Assembly: GCA_973895155.1 (NCBI GenBank)
Contig: OZ316896.1
Span: forward strand, 22,153,722-22,217,721
DNA length: 64,000 bases
Direction of reading: 5' to 3'
Origin: Marsupella aquatica
Lineage: Eukaryota > Plantae > Marchantiophyta
The notes under the pieces were generated by a model. It saw only the letters and a program-made list of their open reading frames with translations. It had not been told where the DNA came from and made no database searches. Of this stretch, positions 61,185 to 64,000 are shown piece after piece. Position numbers and translations under genes: made by a program. The first letter of the stretch is position 1. Each line of letters begins with the position of its first letter.

Positions 61185-62062
61185 GTAAATGAGTTAATTC
61201 ACCGAGCAAGTGTGTGTGTCCGTGTAGGACTAATCATGGCTAGACATAATGTGAACCATCTATCTCAAAAAGTCATGTCAATAAGTAGTCCTGTTCTTGA
61301 ATACGTTACAATCATTTGTTGATAATCAGGATGAGTGTCGAGAGTCAACCTAGCTAAAACTTCAGAAATTCTATATATGAACAGCTTTTTGTGAAATTTG
61401 ACTGGTTGACTATGCTAAACTTCCTTTCATGACAATCCCGGTCAACTCAGACGGTATGTAGGTCGGTCTGGAATGAGTTGCTTTGAGTGAAAGTACTTAT
61501 GTTACTCGAAGAGTACGAGAATGCTCAGTTCTGGTCCTCTGTTCTTTATGTTGAAAATCAAGCTCGTGGTTGGTGTTTGGACATGCTGTGGATTTATGCT
61601 GAAGTTCGGTGGATAGACAAAGAACCTGATAGAAACTATTTGCTCTTCACCTAGACTTAGAAAAGTGCGAGTCCCTCTCGTGTTGCTGCCGTGAAATCAC
61701 CAGCTCTAATCTTTTGTAGTTCAGGATATGTGATGCCTATTGAAGTGGGTGAGCTAGTCGTTTGAGGTCTCAGGCAAGCTTACTATGCTGGGAAAGTCCA
61801 GCAACCTGAATTTCAATGTGGTGACAGACAGTGCCGTAGCTGGAAGCAAACTATTCGAAGAACAATCAACCCACACGTAGAATATACACTGGTGTACGGG
61901 CCTTTCTGGTCTGTCACTTAGATCCCATGTTCGTGTTCAGCACTAGCTTTACTCTGCATTGAAGTAATTGATGTCGAAGGTACCAAAGGTTCCAGAGAGT
62001 TCCGCTCTTTCTTCTCTCGCTCGTCGTGTTGTCGGCTTTACTTACTCTCCTCATCTTCAAGC

Positions 62063-63079
62063 TTGTTGTATCGAGTCTTCTTTCGGAACCCAATCTCAGG
62101 CCGCATCATTCATTCGGCTGCCCAAGTTCCAGAGGAGGTCTCCCTTGCTCTACTTCACTTTGCCACCACTCTGGAATGCCCTCAGCAATCCAAGGACGAG
62201 ATATCTGTGACCATGGGGATCCTAATGGAACGTGGGCCCTGCAATTTTTTGGTGATCGGAATGTGGTATGATAGCTTGCTCTGGGCAACATTCAACTATG
62301 GTGGACGCACTGCATTTCTGGAAGAGAATCAAGAGTGGATTGACCGAATACGAAACAATCATCCTCGATTAGAGACCTACAAGGTGAACTACTCGACGAA
62401 TTTGGGAGAGGCTTCAGAACTTCTACTCATCTCCAGAAAGCTGCGTTCCAGTAACTGCAGTGCTTACCAATCAATCACCGAATCGACTTGCCCTTTGGCG
62501 CTAACAACAAGGCAGGGGCTCCCACAGGCGCTCCTCTCAGTGGAGTGTAATGTCATTATGATCGATGGTCCTCGAAGCTTCAGGGATCCGTCCTTCCCAG
62601 GTTGAATGAGCGCCATCTTCACTGCCGCGGTCATGGCGAGGTCCTGCACTGGCCCGGCTTACGTCGACATTTCTGTTCACGACTTCTCTCGCCCTGTGGA
62701 GAACAAATACGCTACGGAGTTCCTTTGCCCAGAAAATCGTGTGACGAGTGTGGGAGATTGTGGCAATTTCGTGTGCGTCCGAGTTTGTCACCCGACTTCT
62801 GCCCCAAGTTGCCCTCCGTGTCTTGAAAGGTTTGTCCCGGATCCGAAGAGCAACTCAAAGAGAGTTGTACGCAGCCTCTTTCATTCTAAGAAAGCATCTC
62901 AAACAAGAGGATCTGAATCGGCTGTAGGAGATTGCAGAGAAACTAAAATCCCCTTAGGCTTCGCATCGCGATTTCTAAGAAGCGATTTTGAAGGAGCGGA
63001 CGAACAATTCACAGGGAAAGGCGGGAGCCTTATCTTTCCCCGAGTTGCGTATGCGGCCGTGTGCTGTGTTGCCCAGTGA
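62063..63079 (+). pseudogene. DUF579 (GXM/IRX15 glucuronoxylan methyltransferase family) with in-frame stop at 62603-62605
   Basis: PCNFLVIG, LLWATFNYGGRTAFLEE, CPLAL, IMIDGP, PG*MSAIFTAAVMAR and VHDFSRPVE...FLC. The conserved PGRM has become PG*M. The 5' end is uncertain. Confidence 0.85.
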
Positions 63080-64000
63080 CTTTCCGTGTCTTCTCTGGTT
63101 GCCCGCGACTTCTACACAGAACTAAAAGTTTACAGGAAGGTCCTGGTGAAGCTTCTGTTGACCCTGGCTGGAAGTACTATAATACCATAGCGTCATGCTC
63201 CCTCGCAAAGTCTCTTGTCGAGACACGAACTAAAAGCCGTTGCTTGCGGGAAAGCTGAACAAAAGCTAACAAGCGCCGAGCACTTGTAGACACCAAATTG
63301 AGCTGCGTCAGGCGATGGCCGCTGGAGCACAAACTAGGTTGCTGGTTATACTATGTATGCTGACTCCAATCGATGCAATCATCCACATTTCTATCGGTCC
63401 ATCTCCAACTGGAATGCAGCCCAAACAATCTGGCTTCACATGAGTTAGGATTCCATGCGGTGCGGAGCTCAAACGAACTGGGGCCTGCTAGATTGGATAA
63501 TTTGTGACTGGGGTGTTCGATGTGCCTGATTTCCTGGTTGCTAGTTTGATACTACGTAGTGGGCATTCCTGCTCCATTCAAGGTTCGCTTGTCGCTGTTG
63601 AGTTGATAGCGAGCATTCGAACTGCATTTGATCCAGTAGTTTTGCTGTGTTGAAGAGCTTCGATCATCCTCGTTCCGGAGAGCCCTGCTCCTGCATTCAC
63701 TCAAGGTCTGCGTTCTCTTGGGTACTCTTGCTGTAAATTTCTAACCTATGTCATTGGTCGATTGGAGCTGGGGCTGCGTTGCTTTTCTGTTCAGCCATTG
63801 CTGTGGGCATTCCCAGGCCTCATCTACAACCTCCAAGCAGCTAAAGTTGCGCTCTTTCTAGATCCGTCACAGATGAAAAGCTATGAACGGCTGTACCTTA
63901 TTACAAAATTGCTCATCCTCTATGACCTTCGACTTTGGTCACTATTTAACTATTCAATATCTTAAAGAGATTGTGGTACAAATTGCGCTGATGGCAGTCA

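Overview
This is eukaryotic land-plant nuclear DNA, probably a bryophyte or liverwort (inferred from GT-AG introns, a NAC domain, TTTAGGG repeats and an HNL-type hydrolase domain). Four host genes form two inverted paralog pairs, and in each pair one copy lacks or has eroded the N-terminal module. Pair 1 is a stonustoxin-type MACPF/CDC pore-forming domain fused to a Cys-rich module and an AIG1/septin-like GTPase (2044 to <1, minus; absent from the ORF track because it runs off the window), plus a GTPase-only paralog (37811-39697). Pair 2 is a 7-exon gene fusing NAC, a PIF-like HLH hidden in two micro-exons, and two unrecognised domains (53260-49732), facing a paralog with an apparently eroded NAC (44463-47936). 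Between the GTPase genes lies about 34 kb of transposons: a three-ORF PIF/Harbinger, head-to-tail satellite-bearing non-autonomous Helitrons, a truncated MULE with accessory ORFs (one RPA70C-like), a MITE-like element, and a full-length L1-type LINE inserted exactly on a Helitron 3' end. An inverted repeat of about 550 bp brackets the 9.7-37.5 kb block. The right part also holds a truncated LINE, a tRNA-derived SINE, a catalytically altered HNL-type alpha/beta hydrolase and a DUF579 pseudogene. All family calls come from manual motif recognition; no database searches were run.
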